64,000 nucleotides of DNA from an uncultured Spirochaetota bacterium (GTDB taxonomy: Bacteria > Spirochaetota > Spirochaetia > SZUA-6 > CAVTHK01): NCBI GenBank assembly GCA_963734495.1, contig CAVTHK010000011.1, positions 288,001 through 352,000 on the forward strand. Reading direction: 5' to 3'. The notes beneath the pieces are model-generated. The model ran no database searches and was not told where the DNA came from. It saw nothing but the letters and a program-made list of their open reading frames with translations. Within the stretch, counting starts at the first letter, position 1. Every line of letters starts with the position of its first letter. Both the position numbers and the translations under genes were made by a program. Below are positions 16,983 through 27,679 of the stretch, piece after piece.

Positions 16983-18611
16983 ATGATGGATGACGGCAAA
17001 GTGGACACGCTGGCAGCGCTGCTGCAGCAGAGCGTGGCGCGGTACGCCGGCCGGCCGGCGCTGAGCACCGTCGGGGGAGAGCCGATCACGTACGGCGAGC
17101 TGGGCGCTCGCGTCGCGGCTCTCTCCTCGCAGCTGCGGGCCTGCGGGATCGGTCCCGGCGATCCCGTGGCGCTTCTCGGCCGCAACATGCCCCTGTGGCC
17201 GGTCGCCTACCTGGCGATCGCCACGATGGGGGCCGTGGCGGTGCCGATCCTTCCCGATTTCTCCGAGGACGAGATCGGCAACATCCTGCGCCACAGCGGG
17301 AGCCGCGCGGCGTTCGTGTCGGTCCAGCAGCTCGGCCGGTTGCCGTCGATCGGCGGCGCCGTGCCGGTTCTGTTCAGGCTCGACGATGTCTCGCGGCTGA
17401 AAGGCGTCGACGCGGCGGGGCCGCGCGATGCCCCTCCTGTCCGCGGCGAGGACCTGGCGGCGATCATCTACACCTCCGGCACGACCGGCCGCTCCAAGGG
17501 CGTGATGCTGACCCACGCGAACCTGGTCTCCAACGTCAGGGCAACGGCGATCGCAGTCCCGATCCACGAGGACGATCGGCTCCTTTCCGTGCTGCCGCTG
17601 GCGCACACCTACGAGTGCACGCTCGGGCTCCTGATCCCGCTCATGTGCGGCGCCTGCGTGAGCTACCTCGACCGGCCCCCGTCGACGAGCGTCCTGCTTC
17701 CGGCTCTCCGGCAGGTGCGCCCCACGATGATGCTGACTGTGCCCCTGATCATCGACGGGATCTACAGAAAGTCGGTCCTCCCGCGATTTACCGGCAGCCC
17801 TCTGCTCCGGGCCGCCTATCGCCTCCCACCGGTCCGGCGGCTGCTCCATCGCGCGGCCGGCCGCAAGCTTCGCGCGACGTTCGGCGGCTGCCTGCGCTTT
17901 TTCGGCGTGGGCGGGGCCCCCCTGGCGGCCGACGTCGAGCGCTTTCTGCGCGAGGCTCGCTTCCCGTACGCCATCGGCTACGGCCTGACCGAGACCTCGC
18001 CGCTGATCGCGGGCTGCGAACCCGCGCTCACCCGTTTTCGCTCGACGGGGCCCGCGATCCCGGGCGTGGAGATCCGCATTGACGAAGTCGACCCGGCCAC
18101 CGGCGAGGGCGAGATCGTCGTGCGCGGGCCCAACGTGATGAAGGGCTATTTCAAAGACCCGGAGCGTACGGCCGAGGTGCTCGACAGCGAGGGGTGGCTC
18201 CGCACGGGCGACCGCGGCGTCGTGGACGCAAGCGGCTACGTGTTCATCCGGGGACGCAGCAAGACGATGATCCTGGGCCCCAGCGGAGAGAACATCTACC
18301 CCGAGGAGATCGAGGCGGTGATCAACGAGCATGACTTTGTCGAGGAGTCTCTCGTCTTCGAGTGGGAGGGAAAGCTGATCGCCCGCGTCCGGCTGGACTA
18401 CGAGCGGCTGCAGGAGAAGCTGCGCGTGGGCGCCGAGCAGCTCGCCCGCGACGCCGCGGCCCTGCTGCAGGACCTGCGCGGACGGGTCAACGGCAGGCTC
18501 GCCGCCTTTGCCCGGCTCGGCGAGGTCATCGAGCAGGTCGAGCCGTTCGAAAAGACGCCGACGCGCAAGATCAAGCGCTTCCTCTACGATCCGGGCGCCC
18601 GATCCCGCTGA
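16983..18611 (+). CDS. Long-chain fatty acid--CoA ligase (AMP-binding)
   Basis: IYTSGTTGRSKG, GYGLTE, GWLRTGD, SGENIYPEEIE. Confidence 0.92.
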   Translation: MMDDGKVDTLAALLQQSVARYAGRPALSTVGGEPITYGELGARVAALSSQLRACGIGPGDPVALLGRNMPLWPVAYLAIATMGAVAVPILPDFSEDEIGNILRHSGSRAAFVSVQQLGRLPSIGGAVPVLFRLDDVSRLKGVDAAGPRDAPPVRGEDLAAIIYTSGTTGRSKGVMLTHANLVSNVRATAIAVPIHEDDRLLSVLPLAHTYECTLGLLIPLMCGACVSYLDRPPSTSVLLPALRQVRPTMMLTVPLIIDGIYRKSVLPRFTGSPLLRAAYRLPPVRRLLHRAAGRKLRATFGGCLRFFGVGGAPLAADVERFLREARFPYAIGYGLTETSPLIAGCEPALTRFRSTGPAIPGVEIRIDEVDPATGEGEIVVRGPNVMKGYFKDPERTAEVLDSEGWLRTGDRGVVDASGYVFIRGRSKTMILGPSGENIYPEEIEAVINEHDFVEESLVFEWEGKLIARVRLDYERLQEKLRVGAEQLARDAAALLQDLRGRVNGRLAAFARLGEVIEQVEPFEKTPTRKIKRFLYDPGARSR

Positions 18612-18644
18612 CCGCGCGCCGCCCGGGAGCGCGGCCGGCCGCGG

Positions 18645-19484
18645 CTATCCCTTGACCGCGCCCGCGGTCATCCCGCTGATGAGCTGCTTCTGCACGAAGA
18701 AGAACATCACCACGACGGGCAGGGCGGCCACCACGCCGCCGGAGGTGAGCAGGCTCCACGTGATCTGGTACTCGCCGACCATGTTCTGAAGCGCGACCGG
18801 GATGGTGCGCACGCGGCTCGTGGTGAACACCGCCGCGTAGATGAACTCGTTCCAGGCCGTGATGAAGATGTAGATCGCCGTGGCCGCGATCCCCGGCGCC
18901 GCGATCGGGAACACGATGCGGACCATCGTGCCGAGGCGGCCGAGGCCGTCCATCTGGGCCGACTCGTCCAGCTCCGTCGGGATCGCCCGGAAGAAGCTCG
19001 TGAGCATCCAGGTTGAAAAGGGGATCGTGAAGGTCGAGTAGGCGATGATCAGCGCCGCGTGCGTGTCCATGAGGCCCAAAACGCGCATGATGATGAACAG
19101 CGGGATCAGCAGCAGCACGACCGGGAACATGTTGATGACGAGGAACTGCATCAGCAGCGGGCCGCGGAAGCGGAACCGGAAGCGCGAGAAGCTGTAGCTC
19201 GCGGTGAGCGTCAGCGAGAGTCCGAGCGCCGTGGTCCCCGAAGCCACGATCAGGCTGTCGCGGACGTTGCGGCCGAAGCGGATGTTCGCGAAGAGCCTCG
19301 CGTAGTTGTCCGCCGTCGGCCGGCGCGGGAAGTAGCGCACCTCGACGTTCAGGTCGCGCTCGGGCGTGATCGAGGTGATGAAGGTCCACACGTACGGGGC
19401 GATCGCGAACGCGACGATCCCGAGGACGGGGAGGTGGAGGCCGAGCAGCCTTCGCAGCCACCGCGCGCGCTTGCGCCGCTTCAT
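18645..19484 (-). CDS. Carbohydrate ABC permease
   Basis: ESAQMDG, WNEF, QKQLISGMTAGAVKG. Confidence 0.93.
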   Translation of the reverse strand: MKRRKRARWLRRLLGLHLPVLGIVAFAIAPYVWTFITSITPERDLNVEVRYFPRRPTADNYARLFANIRFGRNVRDSLIVASGTTALGLSLTLTASYSFSRFRFRFRGPLLMQFLVINMFPVVLLLIPLFIIMRVLGLMDTHAALIIAYSTFTIPFSTWMLTSFFRAIPTELDESAQMDGLGRLGTMVRIVFPIAAPGIAATAIYIFITAWNEFIYAAVFTTSRVRTIPVALQNMVGEYQITWSLLTSGGVVAALPVVVMFFFVQKQLISGMTAGAVKG

Positions 19485-20365
19485 GTCACCCGCTCCGATC
19501 GCAGCACCTTGGCCACGTACCCGGCCACGAACGCCGCCAGCATGAGCGTGAGCACCATCGCGATCGTCGCCGCGTAGCCGAAGTCGAGCGCCTTGTACGC
19601 CTTGATGTAGGCGTAGAGCGGCAGCGTGTGCGTGGCATAGCCCGGTCCGCCGCCGGTCATCACGAAGATGATGTCGAGCGAGTTGGCCACCCAGATGATG
19701 CGCAGCAGCAGCGAGGTGAACAGCACCGGCACGAGCAGCGGCAGCGTGATCGCGAAGAAGCGGCGGACCGGGCCCGCCCCGTCGACCTCGGCCGCCTCGA
19801 GCAGGCTCCCGGGGATCGCCTGCAGGCCCGCCAGGATCATGATGGCGAAGAAGGGGAAGCCCTGCCACATCAGGGCCACCATGATCGCGGGCAGTGCCGT
19901 CGCGTTGTTCGCGAGGAACGGGAAATAGTGCCGCAGCACGCCGAGGCGCACGAGCAGGTCGTTGATGACGCCCTGGTTCCCGTCGTACATCCAGCGCCAC
20001 ATGAGCGCCGTGATCACCGAAGGCGTCACCCACGGGATGACGATCAGGCTGCGAGCGATGCCGCGCCACCAGAAGTCGCGATTGAGAAGGAGGGCCGCCG
20101 CGAAGCCCAGGGCGAGCTGGAGCGCGACCACTCCGACGATCCAGACGACGGTGTTGCGCGCCGAGATCCAGAAGACCTCGTCGCGGCCGGCCGCGGCATA
20201 GTTGGCCAGGCCGACGAACCCGTGCTCCTTCGGCTTGTAGAGCACGTAGCGCATGAAGCTCAGGGCCATCGTCTGTACGATCGGGATGAAGATGATGAGG
20301 ATCGTGACGGCGATCGCCGGTGAGATGAGCGCGTAGGGAAAGAGGTCCCGGCCGCGGCTTCTCAT
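19481..20365 (-). CDS. Carbohydrate ABC permease
   Basis: FVGLANY, WQGFPF, EAAEVDGA, TGGGP. Confidence 0.93.
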   Translation of the reverse strand: MRSRGRDLFPYALISPAIAVTILIIFIPIVQTMALSFMRYVLYKPKEHGFVGLANYAAAGRDEVFWISARNTVVWIVGVVALQLALGFAAALLLNRDFWWRGIARSLIVIPWVTPSVITALMWRWMYDGNQGVINDLLVRLGVLRHYFPFLANNATALPAIMVALMWQGFPFFAIMILAGLQAIPGSLLEAAEVDGAGPVRRFFAITLPLLVPVLFTSLLLRIIWVANSLDIIFVMTGGGPGYATHTLPLYAYIKAYKALDFGYAATIAMVLTLMLAAFVAGYVAKVLRSERVT

Positions 20366-20419
20366 GAGCCTCCCGAGAGCGAAACGGGGGCGGAGCCGGC
20401 CGGCCCCGCCCCGACGGCG

Positions 20420-21667
20420 CTACTTGCTTGCGAAGAGGTTCGCGAACGCCTGCATCATCTGGGCGCTCGTGATCTCGCCGTTGAAGGCCCGCTGCATCTG
20501 CGCCGGCCAGACGGACTCGACGAACTCGGCCACCTTGGGATGCGCGGGGAGCACTCCCGCAAAGGGGGCCGAATCGGTGGTCGCCTTCATGAAGCGGTCG
20601 GCCAGCGCCTCCCTGGTCTGGCCGTTGGAGATGTTGATGGAGACCTGGCCCGACGACTTCTGCCACAGCGCGTTGTTCTCGGCGGTCGCGAGGAACGACA
20701 TCCACCTGAAGGCCCCGTCCTTGGCCCTGGAGGCCGCGAGCATGCCGTTCTCCTCGTCACCGAAACTGGTCCACGCGCCCTTTGTGCCCCGGGGCACCGG
20801 GTACGCCGAGAGCTTGTCCCCCAGCACGGCGGCCAGGTCCTTGGCGCTGCCCAGGTGGTGGATCGTGGTCGCGGTCCTGCCCGACTTCATGTTGGCGATG
20901 ATCTCGGCAAAGCCGTCGGTCGGCGTCGTCGGAGGGCTCACCTTGTGCACGCGGTACATGTCGATGAACCACTGGTTGGCGGCGACGGCTTCGGGCGTGG
21001 TCAGCCCGGACTTGCCCGCCGCATCGAAGAACTGGGCGCCGCTCGAGAGCACGAACGTGCCCCACCAGTCGTGGCCGCCGCGCCCGCCGCGGATCCCGAA
21101 GCCGTAGACGTCCGGCGTGCCGTCGCCGCTGGTGTCGCGCGTGAGCTTCTTCGCGACCTCGAGGAACTCGTCGCGGGTGGCCGCGGGCTTCAGGCCCGCC
21201 GCCTGCATCATGTCGACACGGTAGTACATGTAGAGGATGACCATCTGCAGCGGCATCAGGTAGCGCTTGCCGTCGCCGTACCTGGTGAGCGCCCACACGT
21301 TCTCGTACACGTCGGTCTTTCCGGGCCATGCATCGACGTACGCGTCGAGCGGCGCGAGGGCGCCCATCTCGACGAGCTGCGGCTGCCACCACAGCTTGAT
21401 CTGCGACACGTCGGGAGGCGTCCCGCCCGAGATCGCGGTAACCAGCTTCTGGTAGTAGCTGTTCCAGTCGATGAACTCGGGCACCACCTTGATCGCCGGG
21501 TTCTCCTTCTGGAATTTCTCGACGAGGGGCGTGAGCGATACCTCGGGCTTGTCGAAGTGATACCAGAACCTCACGGTCTGCGGGCCTGCGGCCTCGCCCT
21601 GCGGCGTGGCGAAGCCCGCCCCCGCAGCCAGGAGAAGGACGGCGAAAATGAAGGCTGCACTTCTCAT
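20420..21667 (-). CDS. Sugar ABC solute-binding protein
   Basis: Signal peptide, FQKENP.IKV, PPDV, MYYR.D. Confidence 0.92.
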   Translation of the reverse strand: MRSAAFIFAVLLLAAGAGFATPQGEAAGPQTVRFWYHFDKPEVSLTPLVEKFQKENPAIKVVPEFIDWNSYYQKLVTAISGGTPPDVSQIKLWWQPQLVEMGALAPLDAYVDAWPGKTDVYENVWALTRYGDGKRYLMPLQMVILYMYYRVDMMQAAGLKPAATRDEFLEVAKKLTRDTSGDGTPDVYGFGIRGGRGGHDWWGTFVLSSGAQFFDAAGKSGLTTPEAVAANQWFIDMYRVHKVSPPTTPTDGFAEIIANMKSGRTATTIHHLGSAKDLAAVLGDKLSAYPVPRGTKGAWTSFGDEENGMLAASRAKDGAFRWMSFLATAENNALWQKSSGQVSINISNGQTREALADRFMKATTDSAPFAGVLPAHPKVAEFVESVWPAQMQRAFNGEITSAQMMQAFANLFASK

Positions 21668-21748
21668 GGCAGTCCTCCTGTTTGCGGCGTCCCCCCAAGG
21701 GGGGTGACGCCTGTGATGAGGCCTTCCACGAAGGCCGTCGGGACCTCG

Positions 21749-22738
21749 TCAGACCTTGCGCCGGCGCCGTGCGGCGCCGTCGTCGCGCTTCTTGTCCCGC
21801 CTTGCGACCGCGCGGCGCGCGGCGGCGGCCACGGCCGCGGCGGTGAGGCCGTACTTCTCCAGGATCTCTGCGGGCTCTCCGCCCTCGCCAAAGACGTCGC
21901 GGACGCCGACCCTCTCCACGGGCGTCGGCTCGCGGCTCGCCAGGAGCTCGGCCACCGCGCCGCCGAGGCCGCCGAGGATCGAGTGCTCCTCGACCGTGAC
22001 GATCGCGCCGCAGTCGCGTGCCGCAGCCAGGACGGCGCGCTCGTCCAGCGGCTTGATCGTGTGCATGTTGATCACCCGCGCGCTCACGCCCCGCCGCTCG
22101 AGCGCGCCGGCCGCTTCCAGGGCGAGGGCCGCCATCCAGCCGGTGGTGATGAGCGCCACGTCCGTACCTTTGCACAGCACGTTGGCACGGCCGAGGACGA
22201 ACGGGTCGGCCGCCGCGGTGAGCGCAGGCGTCGGGATGCGCCCGAGTCGCACGTACACCGGCCCCACGTGCTCGGCGACGGCGAAGGTCGCCTTGTACGC
22301 CTCCGTCGCGTCGCAGGGAGCGACGACCGTCATGCGCGGAAGCACGCGCATCAGCGCGTAGTCGTCGATGCTCTGGTGCGTGGCGCCGTCGGCGCCGACG
22401 CAGATGCCGCCGTGGCTGGTGACGATCTTGACGTTCGCGTCGTTGTAGGCGACCGAGATCTTGACCGGCATGTTCGCCAGGCTCGTGGCGAACGTGGCGA
22501 ACGTGGTCGCGAAGGGGATCTTCCCGTTCATGGCGAGGCCGGCCGCGGTCCCCATCATGTCGTTCTCCGAGATGCCCATCTGGAAGAAGCGGTCCGGGAA
22601 CTCCTTTGCGAACCACAGGACGCGCACGGCGTCCGAAAGGTCCGCGGTGAGCGCGACCACGCGGGGGTCGGCACGGCCGAGATCGACGAGGGCGCGGCCA
22701 AAGCCGTCGCGTATCGGAGTCTTCTTGTCGAAGGTCAC
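21749..22738 (-). CDS. Transketolase C-terminal subunit
   Basis: GISENDM, DGATHQ, GPVYVRL, TIKPLD, EEHS..GGLG. Confidence 0.93.
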   Translation of the reverse strand: MTFDKKTPIRDGFGRALVDLGRADPRVVALTADLSDAVRVLWFAKEFPDRFFQMGISENDMMGTAAGLAMNGKIPFATTFATFATSLANMPVKISVAYNDANVKIVTSHGGICVGADGATHQSIDDYALMRVLPRMTVVAPCDATEAYKATFAVAEHVGPVYVRLGRIPTPALTAAADPFVLGRANVLCKGTDVALITTGWMAALALEAAGALERRGVSARVINMHTIKPLDERAVLAAARDCGAIVTVEEHSILGGLGGAVAELLASREPTPVERVGVRDVFGEGGEPAEILEKYGLTAAAVAAAARRAVARRDKKRDDGAARRRRKV

Positions 22739-23607
22739 AAGCCGTTCCTCTCCGCGGACGCGGGAAAGTCGCGAAAGACGTTCGAAGGCCCGAGCTCCTC
22801 GAGGGCCTTCGAGCACTGGTCGCGGCTCAGGGAGCCGCCATGCGAGGCGGCCGTGCCGGCCATAAAGGAGACGCCCCTGGCGATGGTCGTCCGCGCGACG
22901 ATGGCCTGGGGCCGCTCCTTCGGAGGCCGCGCCGCATCGAGGGCGCCCGTGACCGCCACAAGGTCGTGGCCGTCGATCTCACGGGCTTCCCAGCCGAAGC
23001 TGTCGAGCCGCTCCCGCAGAGGCTCGAGCCCCTTGATGCGGCTCACTTGACCGTCGATCTGGATGTTGTTCGCGAGCACCACCAGCGTGAGCGCGCCGAG
23101 CCGGTACTGCGCCGCGGTCATGAGCGACTCCCAGATGATGCCTTCCTGCATCTCGCCGTCGCCGACGAGGCAGACGACGCGGCTCTTCCGCCCGTCGAGC
23201 CGCAGCGCCAGCGCGATCCCGTTGGCCACCGAAAAGCCCTGGCCGAGCGGTCCGGTCGAAGTCTCCACCAGCCCCGGAAGGTGGCTGCGCGCGGGGTGGC
23301 CCTGCAGGCGGGAGCCGAGGAGGCGGAACGTGGCGAGCTCCTCGCGTGGGAGGAATCCGGCGAGGCTGAGCGCGGAGTACCAGCCGGCGCACGTGTGGCC
23401 GTTCGAGAGCACCAGTCGGTCCCTGTCCGGGTCGTCGGGCCGCTTCGGATCCGCCTTGAGCACGCCGCCGTAGAGCGCTGCAAAGATCTCGGCGGCGCCC
23501 ATGGCGCCTCCCGGATGGCCCGCTCCCGCGGCCGCCACCATCCGCACCGTGTCGCGGCGGATCTGCAGCGCCATCTGCGCGAGCCGGCCGAGGTCATACG
23601 CGCCCAT
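22735..23607 (-). CDS. Transketolase N-terminal (TPP-binding) subunit
   Basis: GHPGG, DR.VLS.GH, LQGHP, GDGEMQEG TPP motif, IDGHD. Confidence 0.93.
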   Translation of the reverse strand: MGAYDLGRLAQMALQIRRDTVRMVAAAGAGHPGGAMGAAEIFAALYGGVLKADPKRPDDPDRDRLVLSNGHTCAGWYSALSLAGFLPREELATFRLLGSRLQGHPARSHLPGLVETSTGPLGQGFSVANGIALALRLDGRKSRVVCLVGDGEMQEGIIWESLMTAAQYRLGALTLVVLANNIQIDGQVSRIKGLEPLRERLDSFGWEAREIDGHDLVAVTGALDAARPPKERPQAIVARTTIARGVSFMAGTAASHGGSLSRDQCSKALEELGPSNVFRDFPASAERNGL

Positions 23608-24337
23608 CGCGCCTCCCTTTTTGCACATGCGGCAGCCGCCGCTGCCGCGACATCTCCATGTGGTGCGCCATCGCCCGGGCCGACCGCCGCCTCGTCGTGG
23701 GCCTGCACGGCTTTCACGATCCGACGATGCTCCCGGATCGTCCGTCGAAACGACGCGGGTCCGCCTCGAGGAAGTCCCGGTTCATGGCGATGATCTCGGG
23801 GGTGAGCAGGCTGATGAGGGAGAGCGCGACGTCGTTGCCGCAGGCACGGGCGACGGCCAGGTGGAACAGGTGGTCCTCTTCGAGCGCCCGCGCCCCGCGC
23901 CGCGCCCGCTCCTCGAACTCCTCGCCCGCCCGGCGGATCTCGGCGAGCTGCCGGCTCGATCCCCGGCGAGCCGCCATGCGGGCGGCGTGGACCTCCAGGA
24001 CCGCCCGCATCTCCATGAGCTCGCCGGCGTCTTCGTGGTCGTCGAGGTTGCGGATGGAGGCGATCAGGCCGGCGAGCGCCTTGCCGCCGATCCCGGCGAC
24101 GACCGTGCCGCTCTGCGGCCGCGTGCGGATGATCCCGTAGAACTCGAGCTTCTTGAGCGCCTTGCGCACGTAGCCCCGCGAGACGCCGTAGCGCTCGGCG
24201 AGCCGCCTCTCCGAGGGCATCTTGTCGCCGGCGGCCAGGGCGCCGCTCGCGATGAGATCGCGCAGTCGGTCGAGCAGCGCCGTCTCCGGGCCCGCGGAGG
24301 CCCGGGCGGGGGCGGACTTGCGCCTGGTTCCGGCCAT
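23594..24337 (-). CDS. FadR/GntR-family regulator, apparent frameshifts at about 23745 and 23680
   Basis: MPSERRLAERYGVSR HTH and D.LFH. The C-terminal helices (EHRRIVKAV..HD, AMAHHM) lie in shifted frames ending at TGA 23594. Confidence 0.85.
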
Positions 24338-24341
24338 GGCT

Positions 24342-24395
24342 CCCAACTGGTTAACCAGTTGGGGATAGCGTAGGCGCCCCCGGCCCCGCTGTCAA
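24342..24395 (-). promoter_or_regulatory. Promoter and palindromic operator of the FadR-transketolase-ABC operon
   Basis: TTGACA-N17-TACGCT followed by the perfect 22-bp palindrome CCCAACTGGTTAACCAGTTGGG. Confidence 0.85.
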
Positions 24396-24439
24396 GGGAA
24401 TTCCCGGGGCGCCCGGGCGGAGCGCGCCGTCCGCGGCCT

Positions 24440-25510
24440 TTAGTAGAAGCCGCCCGCCTTGCGGGCCTTCTCCATGACGGCGACGCGGCGGCGGACGCTT
24501 TCGGGGGTGACCGCCTGCGGCCGGCCCTCGCGGATCGCGGCGTAGAGGGTCGCGTACAGGTCGAGGACCGGCTGCGCCGACGGCGTGCCGCCGGCTCCCA
24601 CGTCGGCCTTTCCCGGCGCCGTCCACGTGTCCGTCTGCCAGGGCAGCTTCTCGCTGTTGTAGCTGCGGTCGGGCGTGGGCTCGGTCGAGATCGGACGCGG
24701 GGGCATTTTCGACCAGTCGACCCATTTCCACTCCAGGCGGCCCGCGTCGCCCTTGAGCCCTCCCGCGGTGCCGCAGACCAGCCAGCGGTCCTGCCCGTAG
24801 GCCACGCAGTCCATGAGCTCGATCTCGACGGTCGGATGGCCCTTTCCGGTGAGGATGATCTTGAGGTAGTCCTCGGCGTCGCCGCTGCAGAGGCAGCGCC
24901 GCATCTCGCACCACACCTGGGGATCGCCGTCGCCGAAGAGCTCCATCGCGTGGTCGATCGGGTGAGGCCCATTGTTGTTGAGGGCCCCGCCGGAGAACGA
25001 AGTGAGCGTCTGCCAGTCCCAGCGGCGCTTGAAGCCGTGCCAGCAGATGCGCGCGAACTGGATCTCGCCGAGCAGGCCGCTCGCGCAGATCTCCATGACC
25101 TTGCGGAAGTCGGGCTCGAAGCGCCGCTGCTGGAACGGCTGCAGGACCCTCCCGGCCTTGCGGGCGGCCGCGATCATCGCGTCGACATCCGCGGTGACGA
25201 GGCCGAAGGGCTTTTCGCACAGCACGTGCTTGCCGGCCTGGAGCGCGGCGATCGCCATGGGGGCGTGATGAGCGTTCGGCGCCGACACGATGACGAGCTC
25301 CACATCCGGGTCGCCAATGACCTCGTCGGCAGACCTGTAGGCCCGGCATTCGAAGCCCTGCACGGCTTCCTGTCTGCGCGATTCCAGCGGGTCGGCGACG
25401 GCCACGAGCCGGAAGGTCTCCGGTTGATTGCGGATCGCCCGCGCGTGAATGTCCCAGCCGCTGCGGCCGAGCCCGACGATGCCCACAGCGATCGGCTTGT
25501 GCTTGCCCAT
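24440..25510 (-). CDS. Gfo/Idh/MocA oxidoreductase
   Basis: GIVGLGRSG, HVLCEKP, GGAL..GPH.ID. Confidence 0.92.
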   Translation of the reverse strand: MGKHKPIAVGIVGLGRSGWDIHARAIRNQPETFRLVAVADPLESRRQEAVQGFECRAYRSADEVIGDPDVELVIVSAPNAHHAPMAIAALQAGKHVLCEKPFGLVTADVDAMIAAARKAGRVLQPFQQRRFEPDFRKVMEICASGLLGEIQFARICWHGFKRRWDWQTLTSFSGGALNNNGPHPIDHAMELFGDGDPQVWCEMRRCLCSGDAEDYLKIILTGKGHPTVEIELMDCVAYGQDRWLVCGTAGGLKGDAGRLEWKWVDWSKMPPRPISTEPTPDRSYNSEKLPWQTDTWTAPGKADVGAGGTPSAQPVLDLYATLYAAIREGRPQAVTPESVRRRVAVMEKARKAGGFY

Positions 25511-25674
25511 CGGTCACTCCTGGTGCAAAGGTCGCCCTCATCCGGGCGCCCCTCGATACTGCCACGGACCCGCGGCGTTGTCGACCGCGGGGACCGAAGG
25601 CGGAAGGCCGCAGATGATCGAGGAGGAGCTTGACAGTCCTGCGCCGCCGCCCTCCAACTGAACGAGGGGCCACC

Positions 25675-26781
25675 ATGGAACGAATGAACGTCGGCATCAT
25701 CGGGTGCGGCGCGATCAGCAGGACGTATCTCCGAAACAGGGACATCTGCCCGATTCTGGACGTGACGAAGGTGGCGGACATCTTCCCGGTCGTCGCGGAA
25801 GAGGCGGCCGCGGAATACGGGGTGGCGGCCGTGAGCGTCGACGCCATTCTCCGTGACCCGGACATCGAGCTGCTGATCGTCCTCACGCCGCCTGCATCCC
25901 ACCACGAGCTGTGCGTCAAGGCGATGCGGGCGGGCAAGCACGTCTACACGGAAAAGCCGATGGGCATCGATACGCGGCAGTCTTCCGAGCTCCTCGCCGT
26001 GTCCGAGCAGACCAGGAAGCGCCTCGGCTGCGCCCCCGACACGTTTCTCGCGGGGGCCCACCAGCACTGCCGGCACATGCTGGACTCCGGCGCGATCGGC
26101 AGGGTCTTCGCAGGACACGCGGTCTTTACCGGGTCGGCCTACCCGGGCAAGCAGTTCTTCGCGGACCCGGGAGCCGGCCCGATGTTCGACCAGGGCGTGT
26201 ACCTCGTCACCACCCTCGTGAACCTCCTGGGGCCGGTCAAGCGCGTCGCTTCGTTCAACGGCGCGGCGCTCGAGGCCTATCGGCATCCCGTCACGAGCGC
26301 CGACATGCAGATCAGGGTGCCCACCTGGTTCACGGGGATACTGGAGTTCGGGTCCGGGGCGGCGGTGACCATGCTCAACGCATGGGGAATCAAGGAGCCC
26401 TACGGCCCGCATATCGACCTCTATGGAACGACCGGAGCGCTGTACGTGCCCGATCCTAACCAGCCGCGCGCCATAGAGTCCTTTACCATCACCCGAGGCG
26501 GAAAGCTGCAGGGCAAGCCGGAGGAATGGACCAAAGAGACCGTGGCGGTGACCTTTCCGAACGCCGGCCGGAACCCGCGGATTCTGGGCGTCGGCGACAT
26601 GGCTCATGCCATCCGGTCCGGCCGCCCGCACCGCGCGTCGGGCGCCCTGGGGCACCACGTCGTCGAAGTCATGGAGAAGCTCACCTCCTCGTGCAGGACC
26701 GGAGTCATCGAAGCCATCACGAGCGACCCCGGACGCCCGCAGCCCGTCGATCCGAAACTCGGTGAAGGTATCTTCGAATAA
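25675..26781 (+). CDS. Gfo/Idh/MocA oxidoreductase
   Basis: GIIGCGAIS, HVYTEKP, GCAPDTFL, GAGPMFD. Confidence 0.92.
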   Translation: MERMNVGIIGCGAISRTYLRNRDICPILDVTKVADIFPVVAEEAAAEYGVAAVSVDAILRDPDIELLIVLTPPASHHELCVKAMRAGKHVYTEKPMGIDTRQSSELLAVSEQTRKRLGCAPDTFLAGAHQHCRHMLDSGAIGRVFAGHAVFTGSAYPGKQFFADPGAGPMFDQGVYLVTTLVNLLGPVKRVASFNGAALEAYRHPVTSADMQIRVPTWFTGILEFGSGAAVTMLNAWGIKEPYGPHIDLYGTTGALYVPDPNQPRAIESFTITRGGKLQGKPEEWTKETVAVTFPNAGRNPRILGVGDMAHAIRSGRPHRASGALGHHVVEVMEKLTSSCRTGVIEAITSDPGRPQPVDPKLGEGIFE

Positions 26782-26792
26782 GGGAGAGCAGA

Positions 26793-27539
26793 GTGGCACG
26801 AGCAGCGATGCAGATGTACACGGTCCGGGACTACGGACGCGACCTGGCGGAGCGCCTCGCCCTGGTCAGGGCCGCCGGGTTCTCATTCGTCGAGATCAGT
26901 CCCACCGGAGGCTTCGACCTGACGGTCGAGCTTCTCGAGAGCCATGACCTGACCCCCGTCTCCTCCGGCATGGACATGAAGACGTGGAGCGACGCTCCGG
27001 CGGTCGAGGAGAACTTCCGCTTTCTCGAGCACTTTCGTGCGCGGGGATCGATGAACGGGTTCTTCCATTCGGACAAGGAGGCGGACTGGGTCTCCGCGGC
27101 CGCGAAGCTCGAAGAGATGGCACAGGAGTTCCGGCGGCGCGGCTTTGTCTTTGAGTATCACAACCACGATCACGAGTACCGCCTGAGCTTTGGCGGCCGC
27201 AACGCGCTGGACGTGCTCTTTGACCACGCCCCTTCGCTGAAGTACCAGATGGACATCGGCTGGGTCACCGCGGGGGGCGCCGATCCGGTGGCGATGATGG
27301 AGAGGTACCGGGATCGGCTCACATCTGTGCATGTGAAGGATCTTCCACGGTCGTATGCGCGGGGCTCGCGGGCGACCATGCCCGACCTCGGGCGAGGCGA
27401 GACTCCGATCGCGGAGGCGGTGCAGCGGGCGGTGGGGCTCGGTGTCGGCGACTTCATCGTGGAGAACGACTTCCCCGCCGACATCCCGGCCTTCTGCCGT
27501 CGGGCGTATCGTACGCTGGATCGCCTGCTGCGCACCTGA
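26793..27539 (+). CDS. Sugar phosphate isomerase/epimerase (xylose isomerase-like TIM barrel)
   Basis: QMYTVR, YHNHDHE, DIGW, HVKD, IVE.D. Confidence 0.88.
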   Translation: MARAAMQMYTVRDYGRDLAERLALVRAAGFSFVEISPTGGFDLTVELLESHDLTPVSSGMDMKTWSDAPAVEENFRFLEHFRARGSMNGFFHSDKEADWVSAAAKLEEMAQEFRRRGFVFEYHNHDHEYRLSFGGRNALDVLFDHAPSLKYQMDIGWVTAGGADPVAMMERYRDRLTSVHVKDLPRSYARGSRATMPDLGRGETPIAEAVQRAVGLGVGDFIVENDFPADIPAFCRRAYRTLDRLLRT

Positions 27540-27602
27540 GTCGGGCAGCAGGCCTCAGTCGCGGCGCGGTGAGCCTTCTTCAATTTCTCCCTTTTCCTGC
27601 GT

Positions 27603-27632
27603 TTGACCTTGCGGAGGGCGCGCCCCTATAAT
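27603..27632 (+). promoter_or_regulatory. Sigma70 promoter of the BMP ABC operon
   Basis: TTGACC-N18-TATAAT. Confidence 0.7.
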
Positions 27633-27679
27633 CGCGCGAATCTTCGCCAAAGGTCTCTGCAAGGGATGGAGGGGAAACC

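Noticed and set aside
20540-23050. Many long antisense or alternate-frame ORFs (836 aa here, also 39469..41949 and 14321..16342)
   Set aside because: These are Arg/Gly/Ala/Pro-rich shadow ORFs expected in high-GC DNA. They overlap well-supported genes and lack motifs.
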